The notes below the pieces were generated by a model, which was given only the letters and a program-made list of their open reading frames with translations, did no database searches and had not been told where the DNA came from. Below are positions 30,713 to 40,054 of a DNA stretch of 64,000 nt, in pieces (position 1 is the stretch's first letter; every line of letters starts with the position of its first letter). Source of the DNA: Vicinamibacterales bacterium (GTDB taxonomy: Bacteria > Acidobacteriota > Vicinamibacteria > Vicinamibacterales > UBA8438); the NCBI GenBank assembly GCA_965218825.1, contig OZ244656.1:1882480-1946479 (forward strand), given 5' to 3'. The position numbers and the translations under genes were made by a program.

Positions 30713-31483
30713 CTATTTCCTGCAGAATGCCATGAGATGCCAACCTAGCGATCGCACGATTCGTCTCGGGAGCAGGTTGAACGCCCCGACGAACAGCCCG
30801 TTGTAAAGCGCGCCCTTCCACCCTCCGTGCAGGCGCGATGCCACCGGGAACCGCTCCGGCAGGACCTCTACCCGCTGAAACGGCGCAAGCAGGCGACGAT
30901 ACTCACCAATCGAGAACAGTCGCAGTACCGGGGCATCCTCGTGCTCGAGCCCCACCTTCATGACCTTCGAGAGCGCGTGCAGCCAGGAGCGTCGGTTGTA
31001 CACCATGTACACCGCAACACCGTCGGGCTTGAGGACGCGGTGACATTCAGCCACCATACGCGCTGGGTTGGCCGTGTATTGCAGCACGCCGTGCGCATAC
31101 ACGACGTCGAACGTGGCATCCGCGAACGGCATCGCCTCGCCGTCGGCCACTCGCAGGTCCGCGCCACCAACACCCGCGTGCGCGAAGTTCTGCCCGGCCA
31201 GCTCGATTGACCGCTCAGCCAGATCGATGCCGGTCACGCGTGCGCCGCCGTGGGCAAATCGGAGCAGGTCGGTCCCAATGCCGCAACCGACCTCAAGGAG
31301 CGCCTGGCCCCGATACCCATCGAACGCGACCACCTTCGGTAGGTACCGGAGTTTGTCGAAGCGGTACTCGTCGAGGTCGGTGAAGAACTCAGGTGAGCCG
31401 ACCGGCTGGTCGGTCATCTCAAGGTCGTGGATGCGCTCGTTCCAGTAGTCGTGAATCTCGGTAGTCGACGCGGCCGGAGACAT
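30713..31483 (-). CDS. class I SAM-dependent methyltransferase
   Basis: LLEVGCGIGTDL motif I and VVYAHGVLQY. Confidence 0.75.
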   Translation of the reverse strand: MSPAASTTEIHDYWNERIHDLEMTDQPVGSPEFFTDLDEYRFDKLRYLPKVVAFDGYRGQALLEVGCGIGTDLLRFAHGGARVTGIDLAERSIELAGQNFAHAGVGGADLRVADGEAMPFADATFDVVYAHGVLQYTANPARMVAECHRVLKPDGVAVYMVYNRRSWLHALSKVMKVGLEHEDAPVLRLFSIGEYRRLLAPFQRVEVLPERFPVASRLHGGWKGALYNGLFVGAFNLLPRRIVRSLGWHLMAFCRK

Positions 31484-31506
31484 GCGAGTAGGGCTAGTAT
31501 ACGGGC

Positions 31507-33156
31507 GTGCAGCGTGACCTACGGCGCCTTGCGGACACGTCGTTCGATCTACTCGTGATCGGCGGCGGCATCTACGGCGCCGCGGCCGCCTGGGACGCGA
31601 CCCAGCGCGGGCTCTCGGTGGCCCTCGTTGACGAGAGAGACTTCGGGGGCGGCACGTCGTTCAACAGCGCCAAAACGCTACACGGTGGCGTTCGCGCGCT
31701 GCAGTCGGGCAACATCGCGGAGCTGCGCCTCTTCGTTCGCGAACGCCGCGCCCTGGCGAACATCGTGCCTCACCTCGTGCAGCCCCTGCCCTTTGTGATC
31801 CCGACTTACGCCAGGATCGAACGTAACCGCTGGCTTATGCGGCTGTACTTCGCGGTCAACGATCTCATCGCGCGCGACCGTAACGACGTTCGAGATCCGG
31901 CCCTGCATCTGCCGGCCAGCCGCTTGCTGTCGCGTGCCGAATGCCTCACGCTGAGTCCCTCAATCGACCCGGCCGACGTGACCGGCGGAATCGAGTGGCA
32001 TGACTGCCAGATGTACAACAGCGACCGGGTCACCCTGTCGTTTCTGCTCTCTGCGACAGCGTCCGGAACCGTCATCGCTAACTATGCCCAAGTCGTCGGC
32101 CTCGACTGGTACGGCGACCGCCTTCATGGCGCGCGGGTTCGGGATTGCTCCGAACCGACAGCCCATCCCAACGAGCCCGCCTTCGATATCCGCGCTCGAG
32201 TGGTACTGAACTGCGCCGGTCCCTGGGCAGCAGCATTGCTGGCCGGCCTCGCGCCTCAGGCTGCCGGCACCCTCTCTCGGCCACTCTCCAAAGCCATGAA
32301 CCTCGTCACGAAACGGCCGCTCGTGACAACCCACGCTGTTGGGGCGGCCGCGGGCGACCGTCTGCTCTTTATCGCGCCGTGGCGTGGCCACGCAATTGTC
32401 GGAACCAGTCACGACCCGTTTCAGGGCGACGCCGGCGGGCTCACGGTCACGTCGGACGACGTTCAGAGGTTCCTGGACGAAGTTGCGGCGGCCTTCCCCA
32501 GGGCTGGCCTCGAGCCGGCTGACATCGGTCTTGTTCACCGCGGATTGCTGCCGGCGGCCAACGGGCGCGACGCATCCAAGCTGCTGAAGACCTCGCAAGT
32601 TCGTGACCACCGTACCGATGGCGCGCCTGGTCTGGTCAGCGTGCTTGGCGTTCGTTACACGACGGCGCGTGACACCGCGCAGCGTGCCATCGACCTGGTG
32701 TTCGATGTCCTCGGGAAGGCATCGCCCCCCTGTCTCACAGACCGGACGCCCCTCGCAGGCGGCGATACAGCGAGCGTCAGCGCGCTGCTGAGCGAAGCCA
32801 CCAGCACCGCCCCGCGCCAGGTGACCGCGGCGACGGCCACCCGACTTGTCCGGTCATACGGTACCGGCTACCGACGCGTACTCGAGCAGTTCGTATCGAC
32901 AGCTGACGGCGATCGCGCACTGGGGACCGAGTGTCACGTCACGCAGGGGGAAGTTCGATATGCGGTTCGGTCGGAAATGGCGCTGACGCTCACGGACGCC
33001 GTTCTGCGACGAACCGAGGCCGCGTCGGCAGGACATCCCGGGCGAGACGCACTTGAGTCAGCAGCGGCCGTGATGGCGGCAGAGCGTGACTGGTCTCCGG
33101 CGCGCACAGCCCAAGAGCTGCTTGATGCCGAGAAGGCACTACGAGTCGTGGACTAG
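31507..33156 (+). CDS. FAD-dependent oxidoreductase of the glycerol-3-phosphate dehydrogenase (GlpD) family
   Basis: FDLLVIGGGIYGAAAAWDATQRG dinucleotide fold and GGTSFNSAKTLHGGVRAL. Confidence 0.7.
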   Translation: MQRDLRRLADTSFDLLVIGGGIYGAAAAWDATQRGLSVALVDERDFGGGTSFNSAKTLHGGVRALQSGNIAELRLFVRERRALANIVPHLVQPLPFVIPTYARIERNRWLMRLYFAVNDLIARDRNDVRDPALHLPASRLLSRAECLTLSPSIDPADVTGGIEWHDCQMYNSDRVTLSFLLSATASGTVIANYAQVVGLDWYGDRLHGARVRDCSEPTAHPNEPAFDIRARVVLNCAGPWAAALLAGLAPQAAGTLSRPLSKAMNLVTKRPLVTTHAVGAAAGDRLLFIAPWRGHAIVGTSHDPFQGDAGGLTVTSDDVQRFLDEVAAAFPRAGLEPADIGLVHRGLLPAANGRDASKLLKTSQVRDHRTDGAPGLVSVLGVRYTTARDTAQRAIDLVFDVLGKASPPCLTDRTPLAGGDTASVSALLSEATSTAPRQVTAATATRLVRSYGTGYRRVLEQFVSTADGDRALGTECHVTQGEVRYAVRSEMALTLTDAVLRRTEAASAGHPGRDALESAAAVMAAERDWSPARTAQELLDAEKALRVVD

Positions 33157-33197
33157 CTAACCATCCACGAACTCCTGGACCCAGCGTTCGAGCACCA

Positions 33198-35048
33198 TCA
33201 AGCTGAACAACGTATGGGCATGGTTCTCGTGGCCAGCCCGGTGGGCCTCCAACCTTCGTCGTATGGCCGTCGGCTGAAACCAGCCGCGATCCGCTCTGAC
33301 GAAAGCAGCTCTTCCATGAGCGGGGCGAGGGTGCCATTGAGCCAGGTCTTCATCGGGATGCTGAAGCCCTCCTTCGGACGCTCGAGCACCGACTCAGGCA
33401 ACAGATCGTGCATTGCGCGCTTGAGCACGTACTTGCGCTCGCCACCCCGTATCTTGAGAGAACCCGGCATCGAGAACGCCAGCTCCATGACGTCCACGTC
33501 CAGAAACGGCGCGCGCGTCTCGAGCGAGGTCGCCATGCTCATACGGTCGACCTTGACGAGGATATCGTCCGCCAAATACACGCACAAGTCGGTATAGAGC
33601 TGACGATTCAACACGTCATCCGTCCCAGCCGACCGCAGGGTATCCCGGACCGGTCGATACACGTCGGCGCCAGCCAACCCGGCTTGAAGCTCCGGGCTGT
33701 ACAGCTTCCGCTTCGCAGCTGGTCCGAGAAACATCATCCATCGATAGTGCTCGACGGATGCCGGCATCTCGGCGGCCCCCTGCATGAAACGCTGCAGTTT
33801 GTTGACGAGTCCCTTCTTCTTGTCCGACGGCGGAAACATCGCCACGAGCGCGGACAACGCGGGCATGGCCCCACTGGGGACGACACGACACATCTGCCGC
33901 GCCAGTGCATCGGCTTCGTATGCGTCATACCCCCCGAACAGCTCGTCTCCACCATCGCCGGAGAGCGCGACCGTGACGTGCTCGCGAGCGATCTGAGACA
34001 CGAGGTAAGTCGGAAACAGCGAGACGTCAGCGAACGGCTCGTCGAGATGTGCGACCAGCTTGTCGAAGAGGTCGATGATATCGGGCTCAACGATGCCTTC
34101 TCGGTGCCGGGTGGCGAACTGTTCCGCGATCTCGCGGGCATACGGCAACTCGTTGTAACTTCCGTCGGCGAATCCCATACTGAAGGTGTTGACCGGCTGG
34201 TCGTGCCTGCCCGGCGCCTCGGTCATCAACCCGACAATCGAGCTGGAGTCGACCCCGCCGGACAGAAACGCTCCGAGCGGCACATCGGACATCATTTGGC
34301 TGTCAACCGCACGCCCGAGCGTCTCGCGAAGCGCGTCAGCCGCTTCGTGGTCGTCCCACGGGCGCACCTCAACGTCGGCAGCGTCCCAGTATCGACGGAT
34401 GTCGATCTTCCCATCGTGATAACGCAAGTAGTGCGCCGGAGGCAGCTTCTTGACCGATTCGAACATCGTGCGTGGCGCGATGACGTACTCATAGGTCAGG
34501 AACTGGTCGAGCGATTCGAGGTCGACGGTTCGATCGACATCGTCGCGAATCAGCAGGGCCTTGACTTCCGACGCGAGGAGAAGCGCGCGGTCCGTCAGCC
34601 CATAGTAGAGCGGCTTCTCGCCTGCGCGATCGCGTGCTGCGAGTAGCGTCTGTGTACGGCTGTCCCATATGGCGAGCGCAAACATGCCATGTACACGCTG
34701 CAGGAAGTCTTCACCCCATTCCTCGTATGCGTGCACCAGCACCTCAACATCGGCCTGGCTGCGGAAACGGTGGCCGCGATCCGTCAACTGCTGCCGTATC
34801 GCTTTGAAGTTGTAGATTTCCCCGTTTGCGACAAGATGAATGGCGCCGTCCTCAGTGTGGAACGGCTGCTGCCCACCGCTGACGTCAATGATCGACAGGC
34901 GGCGCATAGCCAGACCAACACCGGGCAGCACGATGTGCCCCTCGTCGTCGGGACCCCGATGCCGCAACGCGCTGGTCATGCGAGACAATTGCCCAGGGTC
35001 GATCGGCCGATCGCGCTCACACTCGACGATTCCGACGATTCCACACAT
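33198..35048 (-). CDS. asnB: asparagine synthase (glutamine-hydrolysing)
   Basis: MCGIVG Ntn start chosen at 35048. SGGVDSS PP-loop present. The ORF track extends upstream into the hexamer repeat. Confidence 0.85.
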   Translation of the reverse strand: MCGIVGIVECERDRPIDPGQLSRMTSALRHRGPDDEGHIVLPGVGLAMRRLSIIDVSGGQQPFHTEDGAIHLVANGEIYNFKAIRQQLTDRGHRFRSQADVEVLVHAYEEWGEDFLQRVHGMFALAIWDSRTQTLLAARDRAGEKPLYYGLTDRALLLASEVKALLIRDDVDRTVDLESLDQFLTYEYVIAPRTMFESVKKLPPAHYLRYHDGKIDIRRYWDAADVEVRPWDDHEAADALRETLGRAVDSQMMSDVPLGAFLSGGVDSSSIVGLMTEAPGRHDQPVNTFSMGFADGSYNELPYAREIAEQFATRHREGIVEPDIIDLFDKLVAHLDEPFADVSLFPTYLVSQIAREHVTVALSGDGGDELFGGYDAYEADALARQMCRVVPSGAMPALSALVAMFPPSDKKKGLVNKLQRFMQGAAEMPASVEHYRWMMFLGPAAKRKLYSPELQAGLAGADVYRPVRDTLRSAGTDDVLNRQLYTDLCVYLADDILVKVDRMSMATSLETRAPFLDVDVMELAFSMPGSLKIRGGERKYVLKRAMHDLLPESVLERPKEGFSIPMKTWLNGTLAPLMEELLSSERIAAGFSRRPYDEGWRPTGLATRTMPIRCSA

Positions 35049-35095
35049 TCCGCGAAACGTTACAATGGTCGCGACTCGTAGAACAACACCGTCTG

Positions 35096-36610
35096 ATGGG
35101 TTACAGCTACTCCTCCTCGCTCTCGCGTCGTTCCTGGTCACTTCTCCTGACCCGGACCCTGACCCTGATCCTGATCCTGACACTGATACTCACCGTCTGG
35201 GGCTGTGACTCGCCCGAAGAGCCCACCGTGCCCCTGGGACCGCTGCAGGCATCGTCACAGGGGCCGGTTTCGCCGGGTCCGGCTCCGTCTAGCCCGGCCG
35301 CGGCAGAACCCACGACGCCGTGGACACGGGTCGCCTGGACGCGCGACCTCGGCGATGGCACCGACTTCGTCAGCCTCGGCAACCAGCTCGTTTTGATGGG
35401 ATACGACTCGCGGGATGGTCTTGGCGAGCGTGTAATGCAGGGTGAGCCAGCCAGCTACGCGAAACCGCTCATCTCACCAACTGGCCGCGAAGTGATCTTT
35501 TCGCTCCGAGCCAGCAACCTCGTGTTCGCCATCGCGTGGGGAGATCAGGAGCGACGTCACATCGCTGACGGGTTTGCGCTGGCGGTGTGGGCCGACCCAG
35601 ACACAGGTGACGAATGGGTCTACGTCGGTGAGGACCAAGCCGCCACCGACCCACCCTCTTATCGTTCAGTGTATCGGTATGGCCTCGCTGACCCACGACA
35701 TCGCGAGCTGGTCTGGGACGCCCAACCAGTCAGCGGGGACAGCTTTCAGCTATCGCTGAGCGGCCGATATGCGGGCGCGCTGCTTCCGTGGCCACACGCA
35801 GGCATCGCGGACCTTGCGACGGGCACGTGGAAGACCATTGGAGAGGGGTGTTGGACCGACTTCGCGGGGGACGGAGACAACCGGTTCTGGTACTTCGACG
35901 GAGCGCACCGCAATCTGACACTCGTGGACACCGAAACGGAACGGCGTTGGCAGGTCCCGATTAACGGAGCCCCGGGCATCGACGGCTTCGAGGTGTACCA
36001 CCCCCGGTGGACTAACGACTCGCGCTATCTCGTCGTCACCGGGCCGTATACCGTCGGCCGGCGCGCCAACAAGATTCGCGGAGGGGGAAACCAAGTAGAG
36101 ATCTGGCTCGGCCAGTTCGACGGGGACTTCTCGTCGGTCGAGCGGTGGGAGCAGATTACGCACAACGACGCACCAGACTTCTATCCGGACGCCTGGATCG
36201 ACCCTCGCGAGCGGATCCCCCCGGCGAAGACGACCGCCGGCTCGGACGCGCGACCCTCGGTTTCACCCAGCGCGCTCGATTCCAGACTCATCGTCGAGCT
36301 GCGCGCGAAGCGGGACGCAGAAGTCCCGACGCCGGAATCGATTGCGCCGTACCGGAACGGGTTACTGGCTCTGGAGTACGACGTGGTCCAGGTGCTCGAA
36401 GGCAGCTACGACGAGTCCACGCTGGTCGCGGCCCATTGGGTGATCCGAGACCGCGAAGTGCTCGACACGGCACCGCGCCCCGCCGGCACGACGCTCCGTT
36501 TGACGCTCGAGCTCTTTGCGTCGCATCCCGAGCTCGAGGGCGAGCGTCTGGTGATGGACACCGCCGCCTTCACACTGCCGTTGTACTACGACCTCACCAG
36601 CCTACCGTAA
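35096..36610 (+). CDS. lipoprotein, probable beta-propeller (TolB/PD40-like)
   Basis: Signal peptide (LT/LI)n ending VWGC. ISPTGREVIFS-type blade motif. Confidence 0.55.
   Translation: MGYSYSSSLSRRSWSLLLTRTLTLILILTLILTVWGCDSPEEPTVPLGPLQASSQGPVSPGPAPSSPAAAEPTTPWTRVAWTRDLGDGTDFVSLGNQLVLMGYDSRDGLGERVMQGEPASYAKPLISPTGREVIFSLRASNLVFAIAWGDQERRHIADGFALAVWADPDTGDEWVYVGEDQAATDPPSYRSVYRYGLADPRHRELVWDAQPVSGDSFQLSLSGRYAGALLPWPHAGIADLATGTWKTIGEGCWTDFAGDGDNRFWYFDGAHRNLTLVDTETERRWQVPINGAPGIDGFEVYHPRWTNDSRYLVVTGPYTVGRRANKIRGGGNQVEIWLGQFDGDFSSVERWEQITHNDAPDFYPDAWIDPRERIPPAKTTAGSDARPSVSPSALDSRLIVELRAKRDAEVPTPESIAPYRNGLLALEYDVVQVLEGSYDESTLVAAHWVIRDREVLDTAPRPAGTTLRLTLELFASHPELEGERLVMDTAAFTLPLYYDLTSLP
35147..35194. 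repeat. degenerate hexanucleotide tandem repeat (CTGAYN) x8
   Basis: ctgacc cggacc ctgacc ctgatc ctgatc ctgaca ctgata ctcacc. Encodes LTRTLTLILILTLILT of the signal peptide. Confidence 0.9.
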
Positions 36611-36628
36611 CGCTGGGGTCGCGCCAGC

Positions 36629-37420
36629 TCACGCGTCTGTCGCCGATGACTCCCGGCGATCGCGAATGAGTTTCGCCGGAACGCCCGCCGCGATATGAAA
36701 GGGCGGCACATGGCCAATCACGACTGCCCCAGCACCAATGATCGCGTCCCGCCCGATCTGGGATCCGTCTGACACGACGACGTGTGCGCCAAGCCACACA
36801 TTGTCGTCAACCTCGATCCCTCGGGCCGTCCGGCCCTGGTAGAGCACCGGCGTATCCAGCTGGTCGTACAGATGGTCCCCGCCCACAAGGTAGGTGTACG
36901 CGGCGACCAGCGCGTTCTTGCCCAAGCGCACCCGAGACGCCGAGAAGATCTCGACGTTAAACCCAACGTTCGCATCGTCGTCGATGACAATGTCACCGTT
37001 CTTGCAGCTGAGAATCGTGTTTCGCCCGATGAACACACCGTCACCAATCGCAATGCCTGCGTTGTCCGTGCCTTTCGCATCCAAACAGCAGCCGTCATCG
37101 ATCACGACGTCATCGCCGATCCGGATCTTGTGTGGGTGACGCAGCGCCACGTTCACCCCGAAGGTCACGTTCCGGCCGGTCTCACCCAACAGTAAGGAGT
37201 ACAACTTGGATCGGAGCAGCAGGCCGAGCGCCCCCGGCAACGCGCTGCATAGCGTGACGATGACTTCGTGCTTGAAGAGCGACCAGAGCCCCGGCTGCCC
37301 AACGACAAGATCTGCATACCGTTGTGCCTTCGATCGGCTCGCGTCAAACAGCTCGCGTTGGATGACGGTGATCTTCGGGTCGGGCGCGCGGGAATCGGTC
37401 GATGGGTCGGGCCGTGTCAC
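36629..37420 (-). CDS. hexapeptide-repeat (LbH) acyl/acetyltransferase
   Basis: Repeated [LIV]G-x4 hexapeptides (IGDDVVIDDG, IGDGVFIGRN, VGFNVEI, LGAHVVV, IGAGAVV). Confidence 0.8.
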   Translation of the reverse strand: MTRPDPSTDSRAPDPKITVIQRELFDASRSKAQRYADLVVGQPGLWSLFKHEVIVTLCSALPGALGLLLRSKLYSLLLGETGRNVTFGVNVALRHPHKIRIGDDVVIDDGCCLDAKGTDNAGIAIGDGVFIGRNTILSCKNGDIVIDDDANVGFNVEIFSASRVRLGKNALVAAYTYLVGGDHLYDQLDTPVLYQGRTARGIEVDDNVWLGAHVVVSDGSQIGRDAIIGAGAVVIGHVPPFHIAAGVPAKLIRDRRESSATDA

Positions 37421-37423
37421 GGC

Positions 37424-38179
37424 TCAGAACCGGACTCGGATGCCGCCACCTGTCTGCAAGCCACCGACGGTAGCCGACACGTCGGCGTCGTCAAGTAGCA
37501 GAGTGGTCGACCCTTGGGCAAACCGAACAAACCCGCCCACGCCAACCGTCGGCGACAGCATGTAGGTGACATCGACGGCCACGTGTCCGCCCCACGCGTT
37601 CTTGATGAGATCGCCACTGGCGATCCGGTCAACGTTAACCGCGGTGAACGGCGGGCCCACCTCGCTGACGTCTACGCCCGTAACGATGCCCTGCGTGAGG
37701 TTGAAGTAGCTCGGCCCCCCCATGACCCGGAGGTCGAGCTTCTCGATCGGAAGATCGATCCGCCACGCGAAGTGAATATGGGTCGACTTCTCCTCTCGCG
37801 TCAGCTCAGGGGTCTGTGACGGAATCGCCCGGTCGCTCGCTGCGAAGAGCGGGTGCGGTACTGTTCCCGTGATGGCCGTGGGGCCAGAGCCTGTTGTCTG
37901 GGCGTAGCTTGCACCGATGGACAACTCCTCCCACACGTCGATGAGCCCGCCGACGTCGAATAGGGGGCCGCCCGTCGGGTCATGGGTCGCGAGGAGGCGT
38001 GCATCTTCCCCATACGCTCGGAATTCGATTCGCTGCCTCAGCTCTTCAGAGCTGACCTGGTACCCGAAACTCGCATGCAGGGCCAGCCGCCCCTCCAGCA
38101 GGTTCTCCTGGGCGAATGCCCCGGGCGCACCGCAAACCAGCATGAGGCCTAGCAATCCGCCAACACCTCCGCGAGTCAT
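37424..38179 (-). CDS. outer-membrane beta-barrel-like protein with signal peptide
   Basis: Signal peptide ...GAFAQE, alternating beta pattern, C-terminal ...GGGIRVRF. Confidence 0.55.
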   Translation of the reverse strand: MTRGGVGGLLGLMLVCGAPGAFAQENLLEGRLALHASFGYQVSSEELRQRIEFRAYGEDARLLATHDPTGGPLFDVGGLIDVWEELSIGASYAQTTGSGPTAITGTVPHPLFAASDRAIPSQTPELTREEKSTHIHFAWRIDLPIEKLDLRVMGGPSYFNLTQGIVTGVDVSEVGPPFTAVNVDRIASGDLIKNAWGGHVAVDVTYMLSPTVGVGGFVRFAQGSTTLLLDDADVSATVGGLQTGGGIRVRF

Positions 38180-39063
38180 GGCCCACGCTCCAACAGTTGA
38201 GGGCTCCCGCTCGTGTCGCCGTTTTCGTGATCCAGCGTCGCGCGAACTCCGGCAAACTGAGCGTCATACTCCTCGATGATCGCCTCAGCGAAGGCCTGTG
38301 CCATGACCTCGTACCCCATGGCTGTCGGGCGCAGGTTGTCAATCCCGATGCACGGGAGGTTCGCCCCCGCGCACAGCCCGGAGGACATCGCCTCAAACAC
38401 ATCAACGAGTTTGATGCCGTTGCCAATTGCGAGCGAGCGAATCGCGTCGTTCAAAGCAGGAATACGCTGGGCCGCGGTTTCGCGTCCGGGAACCCTCACG
38501 GGAGGGACGGTCGCGATCATGGCTTCGGCTCCTCGCCCCTGCGATTCGCGAATCATAGTGTCCAGCGCCTGAGTCGTCGCCGAGAGGCTGTAGGTCATGC
38601 CGCCCACATCGTTGGCACCTTCCATGACCAGGACAACCTCTGGGCGCGCGGCGTTCAACTCCGGTCTGATTCGACTTGCCCCGCTAAGAGCCGTCTCGCC
38701 CGGGACGCCGGCATTGATGATCTCAATCGTTTGCGTCGGGTACTGTGCGGCGAGCATCTGCTGCAATTTGAAGGGATACGACGCGGTGACGTCCAGGATA
38801 GTCGAGACCGGCGACGACACCTCTCCGGCGGTCAGACTATCGCCAAACGCAAGAAACTGCGTGCTCAGCAGCTGGGGATTTCGAATCTCGATCGAAAAGG
38901 CACAGGATGCGGTTTGGCCTAGTCCGTCCGACGCCGCACATTGACCAGGCACTGTCCCAATGGTCGAAACCACGCCGAGGACAGGAGTACACGCTGCCGA
39001 CACGGGCTCCTGCCCTCCCGTGACCTGTGGTGAGGGGTAGTCGACGGGGGGGATGTGTTGCAC
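38176..39063 (-). CDS. SGNH/GDSL hydrolase, N-terminus probably lost to the IS6 insertion
   Basis: FGDSLTAGE block I and MEGANDV. No signal peptide. The ORF start lies in the putative IS6 terminal region. Confidence 0.7.
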   Translation of the reverse strand: MQHIPPVDYPSPQVTGGQEPVSAACTPVLGVVSTIGTVPGQCAASDGLGQTASCAFSIEIRNPQLLSTQFLAFGDSLTAGEVSSPVSTILDVTASYPFKLQQMLAAQYPTQTIEIINAGVPGETALSGASRIRPELNAARPEVVLVMEGANDVGGMTYSLSATTQALDTMIRESQGRGAEAMIATVPPVRVPGRETAAQRIPALNDAIRSLAIGNGIKLVDVFEAMSSGLCAGANLPCIGIDNLRPTAMGYEVMAQAFAEAIIEEYDAQFAGVRATLDHENGDTSGSPQLLERGP

Positions 39064-39877
39064 ACTTTGGCCAGCGGCGGGCCTGGTAGCCTAACAAGAT
39101 CATGAAGCAGCCAATCCGACCGGCGATCTTCAAGTGGCGGCAGACGGCTCCGGAGGTGATTCTTTGCGCCGTGCGCTGGTATCTTCGGTACTCACTCTCG
39201 CTCCGCGATGTCGAAGAGCTCCTCGATGCACGCGGCCTGCAAGCGGACCACACGACGGTCTGGCGCTGGGTGCAGCGCTACGGGCCGGAACTCGAGCAGA
39301 GGCTGCGCCGGCATCTCAAGCCAACCAACAAATCCTGGCGTGTTGATGAAACCTATGTGCGGGTCAAGGGCCGCTGGTGCTATTTGTATCGGGCTATTGA
39401 TTCCACAGGCGCCACCATCGACTTCCTCCTGTCAGCGCTCCGCGATGCTGCGGCGGCCAAACGGTTGTTTCGCCAGGCGCTCAGCGATCCATCGCATCCG
39501 CAGCCCCGCGTCATCAACACCGATCAGGCCCGCCTCTACGGCGCGGCGATTCCAGCCGTGAAAGAGGACGGCACCCTGCGCGGCCGCTGCCGCCATCGGC
39601 CGGTCCAATACTTGAACAATATCCTGGAGCAGGACCATCGAGCGATCAAACGACGGGTAAAGGCCAAACAGGGGTTTCGCGAGTTTCACGCGGCGCGGCG
39701 GACAATCCAAGGCTACGAGGCAATGCACATGATTCGGAAGGGGCAGGCGAGGTGGGTGAGCGGCTCGGATGTGTGGCGCCAGATTCAGTTCATCAACAGG
39801 CTGTTCGAGGTGGCGGCATGAGACCTCGATACCGAAACGGCTTCCGTCACCACTTTCAAAGTTGGGTCCTTCCGGGT
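39049..39877 (+). mobile_element. IS6-family IS (boundaries approximate)
   Basis: Left end GGATGTGTTGCACACTTTGG resembles the IS6/IS26 IR consensus. I could not identify the right IR. Confidence 0.55.
39102..39821 (+). CDS. IS6-family transposase (239 aa)
   Basis: AVRWYLRYSLSLRDVEELL...WRVDETYVRVKG...LYRAID...NNILEQDHRAIKRR signature. Confidence 0.85.
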   Translation: MKQPIRPAIFKWRQTAPEVILCAVRWYLRYSLSLRDVEELLDARGLQADHTTVWRWVQRYGPELEQRLRRHLKPTNKSWRVDETYVRVKGRWCYLYRAIDSTGATIDFLLSALRDAAAAKRLFRQALSDPSHPQPRVINTDQARLYGAAIPAVKEDGTLRGRCRHRPVQYLNNILEQDHRAIKRRVKAKQGFREFHAARRTIQGYEAMHMIRKGQARWVSGSDVWRQIQFINRLFEVAA

Positions 39878-40054
39878 TTAGCGTGGGTAGAGGTCGAGCC
39901 CTCCGCAGTGAAAATAAATCGCCGTCGTGAAGTGTGACGGGTTGCGGAAGCCGCCGGCCTTTCGCTTGATGCTCATGATCTTGCTGTTGAGACCTTCAGC
40001 CACGCCATTCGTGATCGGATGCTGGACAAAGCGGAGCACCCCTGCGAGATGCCG
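39878..40054 (-). pseudogene. ISL3-family transposase, C-terminal fragment
   Basis: ITNGVAEGLNSKIMSIKRKAGGFRNPSHFTTAIYFHCGGLDLYPR*. Cut by the IS1-like element at 40055. Confidence 0.7.

Noticed and set aside
35049-35183. N-terminal extension of AsnB beginning MSGSGSGSGSGSG
   Set aside because: Glutamine-dependent asparagine synthases need Cys directly after the initiator Met (MCGIVG at 35048). The SG repeat is simply the reverse-strand reading of the hexamer repeat.
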